Position numbers and translations under genes: made by a program
The notes under the pieces: generated by a model
What the model was told of the DNA's origin: nothing
The model's database searches: none
Seen by the model: only the letters and a program-made list of their open reading frames with translations
Assembly: GCA_052034495.1 (NCBI GenBank)
Contig: JBPOIL010000005.1
Location: 24,710 to 88,709 of the forward strand
DNA: 64,000 nucleotides
Direction: 5' to 3'
Origin: Patescibacteria group bacterium
GTDB taxonomy: Bacteria; Patescibacteriota; Saccharimonadia; CAILAD01; JADZBC01
Shown: positions 53,760 to 62,648 of the stretch, piece after piece
Layout: each line of letters starts with the position of its first letter
Position numbering within the stretch: position 1 is the stretch's first letter

Positions 53760-55700
53760 ATGAAAAAACTCCTCTCTATATCTGTTGTATCCTACCCCGG
53801 CAAAGCCCCGAAGCTGTTTCATTATTACGACTTAAATGATGGCAATACAATGATTGGGCAAGTAGTCAAGGTGTCATTTGGCAACAAAGAAACCCTTGGG
53901 GTGGTCATGGAAATCCCGGCGGCAGACGCAGACAGCGACCGGCCAACCGCAAATACCTTAACGATTGTTGGTAGGCTGGAGGCGAAACCGCTCCCCGCAC
54001 ACATTCTCAAGCTTGCCAGCTGGATGATGGAATACTATGCAGCCAGTGCTAGCTCGGTATGGCGAACCATCCTCCCCTCTGGGCTTGCCCAAGCCCCCAA
54101 GCTAAAGTCGGTAGCCAAGGACTCCGAGCACCCCGAACAAGTCATAACCTTAAACGGTGACCAAGAGCAGGCACTTGCCCGAATCCTCAAGCGCGACTAT
54201 GCAGGATACCTGCTACACGGCATCACGGGCTCAGGAAAGACTGAGGTCTACATTGAGCTTATCAAGAAGATTATAGCTAAAGGCAAATCGGCCATTGTGC
54301 TCGTACCCGAAATCGCCCTCACACCACAAATGGTCGAAAGGCTTGGAGTACATTTTGGCGATCGACTTGTAGTTAGCCACTCCAAACTTACGCCCGCCCG
54401 CCGTAAAAAGATATGGCATGAGGCTTTATCGGCAGAGGAGCCGCAGGTGTATTTAGGTCCACGCTCGGCCCTGTTCCTGCCTATTCATAACCTTGGCGTA
54501 ATCATCGTAGACGAAGAACATGAATCGAGCTACAAGCAGGATAATGCCCCTACTTACCAGGTAAATACCGTTGTGGCCCAGCTATCCCGCCTTACCAAGG
54601 CGCCGTTTGTGCTTGGGAGCGCAACGCCGTCGATTTATGCCCGCCATGCCGCCGAAGCCGAGCGTATAGGCTACATACAGCTCAATGATCGGGCCCTGGG
54701 CGCCGAACTACCTGGTGTAGACATTATCAAGCTCGATCCAGGGATGAGCCTAAGCCCCCAGCTGGTGAACAAAATGAAAGCTACGCTTAAGGCTGGTAAG
54801 CAGACCATCCTATTCCTAAACCGTCGTGGTAGCGCCAGTGCTATGTTGTGTGAAGACTGTGGACACATTCAAACATGCCCGCGCTGCGATACGAGTCTGA
54901 CCTTCCATGCCGACTTAGCTCGCCTCCTGTGCCATTACTGCGGATTTAGCGAGCTCCCGCCCAACACCTGCCCCGACTGCAATAACCACCACATGCATTT
55001 TGTAGGCACAGGCACCAAGCGTATTGAACAAGAGGTTATGAGTCTGTTTCCAGACAGCAACATCTGCCGGCTCGATAGCGACAATGCAACCCTGGAGTAT
55101 TTGACTACCGTGTACGAGCAGTTGCGTAATGGCGAGATTGATATCGTAATTGGCACTCAGATGATTGCCCGTGGGCTGGATTTGCCCAATGCCACAACAG
55201 TAGGAGTTGTTCTTACCGAGAGCATGCTTGCGATACCCGACTTCAGTTCGAGTGAACGAACGTTTGATTTGCTCACTCAGGTCGCAGGCAGGGCGGGCCG
55301 TGGTAAGCATACAGGGAGCGTGATTATTCAGACGCATTCGCCAGGCCACCCTGCGGTAACGGCCGCCGCAAAGCACGATTATGCAGCCTTTTACGACTGG
55401 GAGATCAAGAATCGCAAAACTCATGCTTACCCGCCCTTCGCATATCTGGTAAAATTATCCTATAGTCATCGTAATGCCAGTAACGCCGTAGCCGAAGCTG
55501 GCCGAATGGCACAGGAAATCCGCACGACCTACCCAGGAGTAACGGTACTCGGACCGGTTGAACGGACAGTTAAGCGCACCGCTGGCCAATACCAGCATCA
55601 AATCATTTTAAAGTCCCTGAAGAGGCAAAGCCTCGTTGAGATTGCACTCCAAGCCAAGAACGGCTGGAAGCACGATCTGGATCCAATTAACCTTTTATAG
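53760..55700 (+). CDS. priA: Primosomal protein N' (replication restart helicase PriA).
   Basis: Walker A LHGITGSGKTEVY, DEEH, two CxxC zinc motifs (CEDCGH..CPRCD, CHYCG..CPDC) and a C-terminal domain are present. Confidence 0.9.
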   Translation: MKKLLSISVVSYPGKAPKLFHYYDLNDGNTMIGQVVKVSFGNKETLGVVMEIPAADADSDRPTANTLTIVGRLEAKPLPAHILKLASWMMEYYAASASSVWRTILPSGLAQAPKLKSVAKDSEHPEQVITLNGDQEQALARILKRDYAGYLLHGITGSGKTEVYIELIKKIIAKGKSAIVLVPEIALTPQMVERLGVHFGDRLVVSHSKLTPARRKKIWHEALSAEEPQVYLGPRSALFLPIHNLGVIIVDEEHESSYKQDNAPTYQVNTVVAQLSRLTKAPFVLGSATPSIYARHAAEAERIGYIQLNDRALGAELPGVDIIKLDPGMSLSPQLVNKMKATLKAGKQTILFLNRRGSASAMLCEDCGHIQTCPRCDTSLTFHADLARLLCHYCGFSELPPNTCPDCNNHHMHFVGTGTKRIEQEVMSLFPDSNICRLDSDNATLEYLTTVYEQLRNGEIDIVIGTQMIARGLDLPNATTVGVVLTESMLAIPDFSSSERTFDLLTQVAGRAGRGKHTGSVIIQTHSPGHPAVTAAAKHDYAAFYDWEIKNRKTHAYPPFAYLVKLSYSHRNASNAVAEAGRMAQEIRTTYPGVTVLGPVERTVKRTAGQYQHQIILKSLKRQSLVEIALQAKNGWKHDLDPINLL

Positions 55701-55702
55701 CC

Positions 55703-56269
55703 ATGGCACGTAAACTTATCAACATACCCAATAGCGTCCTCAGAATGAAGTCAAAGAAGATTGGATTTGTCGATGGCTCAATTCGAGCTTTAGCGGAGGA
55801 GATGATCCAGACTACGCTTGATTACGACAAAGAAAGCGAAATTGGTGCTGCGCTTGCGGCGGTGCAGATTGGCGAACCTCTGCGGCTCACGGTCGTGCGC
55901 GATGATTACGAACACGGTGACGGCGAGGCATTTAGCACCTACATCAATCCCGAGATTGTTAAGGCCAGTGACGAGATGGTCGAGGACGTTGAAGGCTGCA
56001 TGAGCGTTGCTGGCATATACGGCAAAGTTAAGCGTCATTTAAAGATTAAGGTGAAGGCCCAGGACGTAGACGGCAACCAGATCCGTCTGACCCTCGAGGG
56101 CTTCCCAGCGCGTGTGTTCCAGCACGAGATCGACCATATGAACGGCATTATATTCTTAGACCACGTCACGGACAGCTCTAAGCTGCTGGCAGTCGACAAA
56201 AACGGTCAACTTAAACCTATGAAGGAAATCCCTAATGATATCCAAGACGAACTCAGCCATAGTCACTAG
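55703..56269 (+). CDS. def: Peptide deformylase.
   Basis: The motifs GAALAAVQIG, EGCMSVAG and HEIDHMNG are present. Confidence 0.9.
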   Translation: MARKLINIPNSVLRMKSKKIGFVDGSIRALAEEMIQTTLDYDKESEIGAALAAVQIGEPLRLTVVRDDYEHGDGEAFSTYINPEIVKASDEMVEDVEGCMSVAGIYGKVKRHLKIKVKAQDVDGNQIRLTLEGFPARVFQHEIDHMNGIIFLDHVTDSSKLLAVDKNGQLKPMKEIPNDIQDELSHSH

Positions 56270-57170
56270 TATTGTTTTTTTTGGGACAGGAGAAGTTAGT
56301 CTCGCAACGCTCGAGGGTATTGAGGGCAATATCCCAGTAGAAGCGGTGGTTACCAAGCCAGACTTGGTAACCAGCTCGGGGCGCAAAATTAGCCCCCAGG
56401 TAAAAGTATGGGCCGAAGAGAACGGCGTGCCCTGCTATCAGCCAGCCAACAAGGCCGAGCTTGCAGAGCTATGCAGCAAGCAAGCATTCAAGTCTCCTGT
56501 AGGTCTTGTCGTCGATTACGGAATCATCATCCCTGCGAGCGTCATCCAGGGATTCAAGCAGGGCATTCTCAACAGCCACTTCTCCCTTCTGCCTAAATGG
56601 CGCGGAGCAGACCCAATCACTTGGACAATCCTGGCCGGAGACACCACCACAGGAGTCACCGTAATGCTCGTAGATGAAGGCATGGACACGGGAGACATTC
56701 TTGCGCAAGAAGAGATCGAACTTGCGCCCGACGAAACTGTCGCAAGCCTTACTCCTAGGCTTGTGGAAATTAGCAACGACATGCTAATCAACACAATCCC
56801 AGTTTATCTTCGCGGCGAGATAAAGCCAGAGGTGCAGGACCACGAAGCGGCGTCGTATAGTAGTAAAATTAGCAAAGAAATGGGTGAACTAAAGCCAGGC
56901 GAAAAGACTGCCGTAGAACTTGAACGGCAAGTGCGAGCGTTCCAGGGTTGGCCAGGTAGCTACATTACAATCCAAGACACTCTCCTTGCGATTAAGTCGG
57001 CCAAAGCTACTAATAAAAGTGCGCCAATCGGCAAAATCAACCGCGCCGGCAAGACACTCCTGCTTGGCTGCAGGCAAGGGAGTTTGCAGATTGACTCAAT
57101 CCAGCCAGCCGGCAAAAAGCCTATGGACGCACTCGGTTTTGCTAACGGCTACAAAGATCTCATCGATTAA
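56235..57170 (+). CDS. fmt: Methionyl-tRNA formyltransferase.
   Basis: The formyltransferase N-terminal domain with FFGTGE and HFSLLPKWRG, and the C-terminal domain, are present. The ORF in the track overlaps def by 35 nt, so the true start may be slightly later. Confidence 0.85.
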   Translation: MISKTNSAIVTSIVFFGTGEVSLATLEGIEGNIPVEAVVTKPDLVTSSGRKISPQVKVWAEENGVPCYQPANKAELAELCSKQAFKSPVGLVVDYGIIIPASVIQGFKQGILNSHFSLLPKWRGADPITWTILAGDTTTGVTVMLVDEGMDTGDILAQEEIELAPDETVASLTPRLVEISNDMLINTIPVYLRGEIKPEVQDHEAASYSSKISKEMGELKPGEKTAVELERQVRAFQGWPGSYITIQDTLLAIKSAKATNKSAPIGKINRAGKTLLLGCRQGSLQIDSIQPAGKKPMDALGFANGYKDLID

Positions 57171-57172
57171 TC

Positions 57173-57199
57173 AAAAAGCGCCCAAACGGGCGCTTTTTG
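57173..57199. terminator. Bidirectional intrinsic terminator, aaaaagcgccc-aaac-gggcgcttttt.
   Basis: A perfect palindrome flanked by A-runs and T-runs. It sits between convergent fmt and the response-regulator gene. Confidence 0.8.
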
Positions 57200-57217
57200 A
57201 CACTCGGAGGCGAGATA

Positions 57218-57583
57218 TTACAGGTAAGGCTTGAGCTTATCGATTACCTGGCTGGGAGTTAAGTCTGTCTTAATTATGTAGTCTCGAGCGCCAAGATCTC
57301 GGGCCTCAGTAATGGCCTGTGAGTTCATGATGTTCGTCAGAACAATTACCGGCAGATCTGGGACAACCTTGTCCTTATTAAGCTGCTTAAGAACATCAAT
57401 GCCACTCATATTCGGCATCATCATGTCTAGCAAAATCATATCGGGCTTTTTGGCCTTGATCTTTTCAAGAGCCATCTTGCCGTCAACGGCTTCTTCGACC
57501 GTCAAGCCAGCCTTCGACAACTTGAGTTGATACATGTTGCGAATGAAATCGTTGTCTTCTACCAGGAGAACTGTTTTGCTCAT
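57218..57583 (-). CDS. Single-domain response regulator with a CheY-like receiver only.
   Basis: The acidic pocket DD of LLVEDNDF, the phospho-acceptor D in MILLDMMMP, T in IVLT and K are present. There is no output domain. Confidence 0.85.
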   Translation of the reverse strand: MSKTVLLVEDNDFIRNMYQLKLSKAGLTVEEAVDGKMALEKIKAKKPDMILLDMMMPNMSGIDVLKQLNKDKVVPDLPVIVLTNIMNSQAITEARDLGARDYIIKTDLTPSQVIDKLKPYL

Positions 57584-57620
57584 AGTAATATGATAGACGC
57601 TTATGCTGGCGGCGTCAATC

Positions 57621-57950
57621 TTATTCTATGCCGTCAATCAGTTGTGATATGTGCTCTGCGTACTCGCCTGAGTCGTCAAACACTATCCTAATATGAGGCA
57701 CTGTGCGAAGATCGGTGCGGGTTGCGAGGTAAGCAGCAATTGCCCCTGGCGCTGCCTTCTCCATACGGGGTTTTGCCTCTTCCTGCCCACGGCCCACCAT
57801 ACCAACATACACTCGTGCGTTCTTAAGGTCTGGGCTTACGTCCACCTTGGTAACGGAAGTGGCAAGGCCTGGAACAACGAACTCTTGGTTCAGGACAGTA
57901 GCGGCATATTGCTGCAAAAGTGCTGCCACTTTTTCGAGCCGGCGTGACAT
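57621..57950 (-). CDS. rbfA: Ribosome-binding factor A.
   Basis: The RbfA KH-like pattern and its position downstream of infB fit. Confidence 0.85.
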   Translation of the reverse strand: MSRRLEKVAALLQQYAATVLNQEFVVPGLATSVTKVDVSPDLKNARVYVGMVGRGQEEAKPRMEKAAPGAIAAYLATRTDLRTVPHIRIVFDDSGEYAEHISQLIDGIE

Positions 57951-59722
57951 TAGAGTTTGCGAGCCTTTTCTTCTATTCGGTAGAACACGAGTTCGTCACC
58001 AAGCTCAAGCGCGTCGGTAGTATCAAGCGATATTCCACACTCATCACCCTCGTTGGCCTCACGGGCTATCTGCTTTTCCTTTTGTAAGTTTGAAACCTTA
58101 CCGGCACCGACCTCTTCGCCTTTACGTAAAATGCGGGCAGTCATGCCTGACTGTAGTTGACCACTAGTCACCCGTCCTCCGGTAATGATCTGGGTTTTTG
58201 TTGTCTTGAAGATCCCTAATATCTCGAGGCGAGCGAGTTCAATCTCGATGATCTCTGGCGGGAGTAAGCTCGAAAGCCAATCACGAATATCATCAAGCAA
58301 CTCATAGATCACTTTGTATAGGTGGAAATCCACCTTGCTACGCTTGGCTAGCTGGTTTACTGCGGCCTTAATACTAACATTAAAGCCAAGGATGATCGCA
58401 TTACCAGCATCGGCTGCGTTAACGTCGCTCTCTGAGATGTCACCCACTCCAGACGAAACTACTTTGACGCGGACTTCTTCATTGCCAATCTGGTTCAAGC
58501 TATCAATCAACGACTCGAGTGACCCCTGTACGTCAGCCTTTACCAGTACTGCCAGCTCTTTTACCTGACCATCGACTACAGCCCTGTTAAGATCTTGGGA
58601 GGTAACCGTCTTCGTGTTGGTAAGGCTCTTGATGCTCTGCTTGCGAGCCTGCTTTGCAACCCAGTCCTTGGCTACCTTCTCGGAAGAAACTACTTCGAAC
58701 CACTCGCCAAAGTTCGGTACTTCGCGAATACCGGAAACAACTACTGGCATAGCAGGAGTAGCTTCTTTGAGCTTACGCCCACGATAGTCTTCTAAGCTAC
58801 GTACCTTGCCATATGTAGTACCTACGACCAAACTGTCTCCCGTGCGCAACGTACCCTTCTGGATCAAAAGTGTTACTACCGGGCCGCGACCTGTTTCAAG
58901 ATGGGATTCAATAACCACGCCGCTTGCCGCGCCAGTAAAAATAGCCTTTTGGTCGGCGATATCAGCTACAAGCAAGACAACGTCCAGAAGCTTCGTGATA
59001 CCATCGTGCGTCTTAGCAGAGACCTCTACGCATGGCACGTCTCCGCCCCAGTCATCAGCCAGAATACCAATCTCGCTCAGCTCCTGCTTAACGCGGTTCA
59101 CGTCGGCATCAGCTTTATCCATCTTGTTAATTGCAACCACGATCGCCACACCGGCATCCTTGGCATGATTAATGGCTTCTTTGGTTTGAGGCTTAACACC
59201 GTCATCCCCGGCCACTACAATAATTGCAACGTCGGTCATACGAGCACCGTGAGCGCGAATAGCCGAGAAGGCTTCGTGTCCTGGGGTATCAAGGAAGGTA
59301 ATTCTACGATCGTTCTTCGTCACCTGGTAAGCGCCGATATGCTGAGTGATGCCACCGGCCTCAGAAGAAGCTACATCGCTCTCACGGATAGCGTCCAATA
59401 GGGACGTCTTGCCGTGGTCAACGTGCCCCATTACAGCCACGATCGGCGGGCGCACCTCCTCGTCTGATTTTTCTTCAGTTTGCTCAAGCGATTGGCTAGG
59501 ACGAGCCTCGGCTTCCTTTGGCTCTGGAACAATGTCAAAACCAAGCTCTCCGGCGATGATCGAGGCAGTGTCGAAATCAATATTTTCATTCACGGTGGCC
59601 ATTACGCCATTCTTCATAAGTTCACCCACTACTTGAGCAACGCCCAAGCCGAGCCGCTGCGCAAAATCGCTTACCGCCACTACTTCTGGAATCTCAATCT
59701 GCTTCTTGTCGTCTTGCTCCAT
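57950..59722 (-). CDS. infB: Translation initiation factor IF-2.
   Basis: The G domain VAVMGHVDHGKTSLLD, DTPGHEAF and NKMD are present. Confidence 0.92.
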   Translation of the reverse strand: MEQDDKKQIEIPEVVAVSDFAQRLGLGVAQVVGELMKNGVMATVNENIDFDTASIIAGELGFDIVPEPKEAEARPSQSLEQTEEKSDEEVRPPIVAVMGHVDHGKTSLLDAIRESDVASSEAGGITQHIGAYQVTKNDRRITFLDTPGHEAFSAIRAHGARMTDVAIIVVAGDDGVKPQTKEAINHAKDAGVAIVVAINKMDKADADVNRVKQELSEIGILADDWGGDVPCVEVSAKTHDGITKLLDVVLLVADIADQKAIFTGAASGVVIESHLETGRGPVVTLLIQKGTLRTGDSLVVGTTYGKVRSLEDYRGRKLKEATPAMPVVVSGIREVPNFGEWFEVVSSEKVAKDWVAKQARKQSIKSLTNTKTVTSQDLNRAVVDGQVKELAVLVKADVQGSLESLIDSLNQIGNEEVRVKVVSSGVGDISESDVNAADAGNAIILGFNVSIKAAVNQLAKRSKVDFHLYKVIYELLDDIRDWLSSLLPPEIIEIELARLEILGIFKTTKTQIITGGRVTSGQLQSGMTARILRKGEEVGAGKVSNLQKEKQIAREANEGDECGISLDTTDALELGDELVFYRIEEKARKL

Positions 59723-59941
59723 CTATGTCCTCTTGTCTTTCTTCTGCGTGATTCTCACTTTAGTGTGGATTTGCGTGCTACAACCGCTGCGACAACTGTA
59801 GTGCCCTCGGCCTGGCAAAGTCCTGGTGCTATCAAGGGTAAGTCCGTCAGGTGCGATCACCCACCGCTCCAGCTCGGCCTTGGGCTTCTTCGCCCGGCAG
59901 ACTCGACATGTCCTTAACGGAGTATGGCGAGTCTCGGCCAC
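59723..59941 (-). CDS. ylxR: YlxR-family (DUF448) RNA-binding protein.
   Basis: RTCRVCR and GRGHYSC are present. It is immediately upstream of infB. Confidence 0.75.
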   Translation of the reverse strand: MAETRHTPLRTCRVCRAKKPKAELERWVIAPDGLTLDSTRTLPGRGHYSCRSGCSTQIHTKVRITQKKDKRT

Positions 59942-59944
59942 GGC

Positions 59945-61036
59945 TTAATCCTCTTTAGCGCTAGATTTAGCGGCTTTGGCTTTGAGGCTTAAAGACAGCT
60001 TGTGTTGAGCCTCGTCAATACCGATGATAGTGAACTGCTTCGTCTCGCCTAGCTCAACGTGGCTAGCAGGATCTGCTACGTGTTCATCTGCGAGCTCAGA
60101 GATATGCACGAGGGCTTCGATTACCGGAGTAACCTGCACGAACGCGCCAAATGGCGTTATGCGGGTAATCTTACCGTCTACCTTATCGCCGACTTTGTAC
60201 TGAGCAATCTCTTTAACCCATGGGTCTGGCGTAAGCTGCTTCATAGAAAGCGAGAGCTTTTCCTGATCAATCGAGATGATCAGGGCCTCAACCTCTTGGC
60301 CAACCTTTACGTACTTAGAAGGATTGTCCACGCGGTCCCAAGCGATCTCAGAGATATGAACAAGACCTTCGATGCCCTCAACATTCACGAAGATACCAAA
60401 GTCCACTACGCCAGTCACGACGCCCTTGACCTTATCGCCAGCCTTGAAGTTAGCAATCTTGCTTTCAGTGAATTCACGCTGAGCTGCCTTTTCAGACACG
60501 ATCAGCTTGTTCTGCTTACGGTCCAAGTCAAGGATACGAACCATCAACGTGCGGCTTACGATGCTGTTTAGTCGGTGTAGGATCTCGTCTTTATCAGCAC
60601 CAGTTACGCGCGGGTAGTTCTCGGCAGACAGTTGAGAAACAGGCAGAAAACCTCGGATGCCTTCGATTTCGATAAGGAGCCCGCCCTTGTTGGCATCGAA
60701 CGGAATGATTCCAAAGACTTCGCCTTCTTTAAATCGCTCTTCGAGCAATTCCCAGCCCTTTTCTTTGGCAACTTTCTTGAGACTCAGAATGGCGTAGCCT
60801 TCTGGTGCCTCTGGCTCTAGAACTGAAACGCTTAGCACATCACCCTCTTTGATTGACCCGGCGCCCTGTTCAAGCTCGCGACCCATAACTACACCAGTAC
60901 CGTACATGCCGAGATCAAGCCACACTTCGTGCTTTTCGGCAGTAACAACTGTTCCTTCTACAAGTTCGCCTTGGGTTAAGTTTTTGATTTCATGAGTGGC
61001 TAAAAGATCAGCCATGATTTGGTTGTTTGTTGACAC
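59945..61036 (-). CDS. rpsA: 30S ribosomal protein S1, a short form with four S1 domains.
   Basis: Four repeats of the S1 OB-fold pattern are present (GELVEGTVV, GEVFGIIPF, GDKVKGVVTGVVDFGIFV, GDKVDGKITRITPFGAFV). A GTG start at 61036 has the RBS aggag; the ORF in the track extends to 61108. NusA is absent from its usual position here. Confidence 0.8.
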   Translation of the reverse strand: MSTNNQIMADLLATHEIKNLTQGELVEGTVVTAEKHEVWLDLGMYGTGVVMGRELEQGAGSIKEGDVLSVSVLEPEAPEGYAILSLKKVAKEKGWELLEERFKEGEVFGIIPFDANKGGLLIEIEGIRGFLPVSQLSAENYPRVTGADKDEILHRLNSIVSRTLMVRILDLDRKQNKLIVSEKAAQREFTESKIANFKAGDKVKGVVTGVVDFGIFVNVEGIEGLVHISEIAWDRVDNPSKYVKVGQEVEALIISIDQEKLSLSMKQLTPDPWVKEIAQYKVGDKVDGKITRITPFGAFVQVTPVIEALVHISELADEHVADPASHVELGETKQFTIIGIDEAQHKLSLSLKAKAAKSSAKED

Positions 61037-61166
61037 TATATTCTCCTTTACCAGACATTTGGATTTACGCGAACGCGCAGAGCCTGGCTTTGACCGATTT
61101 ACAGCCAAATTTCCTAAGAATTATACCTTAAATATGGGAGAGTGTAAAGACAGGGAGTACTGCAGT

Positions 61167-61574
61167 CTACGCAGCCATTAGCCGCGTGCGACGTGCAAGG
61201 CGCCCAAGAGCCGATAACACCAGAACAGCCAGTACGAAGCTTAGAGAGCCCGATGCGCCGGTAGTAGGGATCTGGGTTACCTCTGGACCGACTGTCGGAG
61301 TACTTGCAGATGCCGACGAAGAAGTTGGCTGGGGGTTCGGCTTAGGGGCTGGCTCTAGACTCTCCGCCGGAAGTGTCTGAGTGGCCTGCTGGCTTTGGTC
61401 CTTCTGATCCTCCCGCTTCTGCTCACTTTGCTTCTGCACCTCCTCTACTCTTGCCTGTTCCTTGGACTGCTCCTGCTTAGCACGTTGAGCGTTCCCATAC
61501 ATAAACGTTGCGACCACAATAAATACAATAAGTAGCGCTGCCGCTATAAACCTAATGACTGGTGAACGATTCAT
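61167..61574 (-). CDS. Secreted low-complexity protein with a sortase-type C-terminal sorting signal.
   Basis: It has a signal peptide, MNRSPVIRFIAAALLIVFIVV, and a Gln/Glu/Lys/Pro/Ser-rich body. The C-terminus reads QIPTTG, then a hydrophobic stretch SLSFVLAVLVLSALG, then a basic tail RLARRTR. The start is at M18 of the ORF in the track. Confidence 0.55.
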   Translation of the reverse strand: MNRSPVIRFIAAALLIVFIVVATFMYGNAQRAKQEQSKEQARVEEVQKQSEQKREDQKDQSQQATQTLPAESLEPAPKPNPQPTSSSASASTPTVGPEVTQIPTTGASGSLSFVLAVLVLSALGRLARRTRLMAA

Positions 61575-61657
61575 ACACTTCCTCCCCTTTGCCGCTAGTG
61601 TACTGCCAGGAGAATACTTATGCAAGTACCCTGAAAGATTTGTAGGCTTGAGGTATA

Positions 61658-61686
61658 TTGACTTTCTAACATTAAGATGATACTAT
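61658..61686 (+). promoter_or_regulatory. Sigma70 promoter, TTGACT-17-TACTAT, giving a leader of about 125 nt.
   Basis: The hexamers are at 61658..61663 and 61681..61686. The ATG at 61813 has the SD ggaggg. Confidence 0.45.
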
Positions 61687-61812
61687 GTATAAAAGGTCGT
61701 GGGCTTGCTCGGGATTGTGGTACATTTTACCCTTTCCTGGGCAAACTCATGGCCTTTGTAGCTTGCAGCCCCGTAACCCTTGGCGCATAATAGCTACAAG
61801 TGGAGGGTGAGC

Positions 61813-62262
61813 ATGGATATTATTCGTAGTTATCCAAACTACAGCTTTGTGTCATCTGGCTACTTCGCATTTGACGCAAGCGAAGAGCTAGTTCATTATG
61901 ACGAAAGCGAGCTGGGATCGAACGAAGGCAGGCTATCCTTACTCCACGAGATTAGCCATGCAGAACTTGGGCATTTTACCTTCACCAACGACTTCGAACT
62001 ACTCGTCATGGAAGCACAGGCCTGGCACCTCACGAAACGCCTATGCAACGAGCATGGCGTGAGAATCAACGATATCTATATCCAATCCTGTATCGATACC
62101 TATGATCATTGGCTCAGTACGCGATCATCATGCCCCCATTGCAAGAACTTCTGCCTACCTGGCACAAAAGACCCTCACAACTTTCGCTGCTTTCTATGCG
62201 GCTGCAAATGGCAAGCGAGTTCCAACCCGCACGATGCCATCACCCTTACCGTTCTAGGCTAA
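61813..62262 (+). CDS. Zinc metallopeptidase of the ImmA/IrrE type (HExxH) with a C-terminal Cys-rich zinc ribbon.
   Basis: The motif LLHEISHAELGH is present, with a downstream E (MEAQ). The C-terminus has CPHC...CFLCGC. Confidence 0.6.
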   Translation: MDIIRSYPNYSFVSSGYFAFDASEELVHYDESELGSNEGRLSLLHEISHAELGHFTFTNDFELLVMEAQAWHLTKRLCNEHGVRINDIYIQSCIDTYDHWLSTRSSCPHCKNFCLPGTKDPHNFRCFLCGCKWQASSNPHDAITLTVLG

Positions 62263-62272
62263 CTCTGTCATA

Positions 62273-62302
62273 CCAAAAAAGGACCCGAAGGTCCTTTTTT
62301 GG
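62273..62302. terminator. Perfect 30-nt palindromic bidirectional terminator, ccaaaaaaggaccc-gaa-gggtccttttttgg.
   Basis: The stem, the A-run and the T-run are seen directly. It lies between convergent genes. Confidence 0.8.
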
Positions 62303-62316
62303 TATAGACTACCTGA

Positions 62317-62508
62317 TTAAGCGGTCTTTTTCTTTTTGCTCAAGCCGCCCTTACGACCAGCTTCACGAGCGAGTTCAGGGTTGGCAGCAAATCCACCATT
62401 ACGGCTTTTCTGGCCACCTTTGCGACCTATTTCACGATAGAATTCACTGCCGTAACGCTTCTTATTAGTCTCAGCAGCCAATACGCCGCCTTTTTGTGTT
62501 CCTGCCAT
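62317..62508 (-). CDS. KGG-repeat general stress protein (YciG/Con-10 like).
   Basis: It carries repeated KGG/GGQ motifs: QKGG, GRKGGQKS, GRKGGLSKKK. Confidence 0.7.
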   Translation of the reverse strand: MAGTQKGGVLAAETNKKRYGSEFYREIGRKGGQKSRNGGFAANPELAREAGRKGGLSKKKKTA

Positions 62509-62648
62509 TGTTTTCTCCTTCTTGTTACAGTTGGAGTTTGAACAAAGGTTAACCCTACCAATAACGCTTCATTAAACTCAAGGTTATTATAACTACGTTA
62601 TTCTAGCAGCTTATGCTTATAAAGTCAATACCTTTTGTGCTTGCTTTT

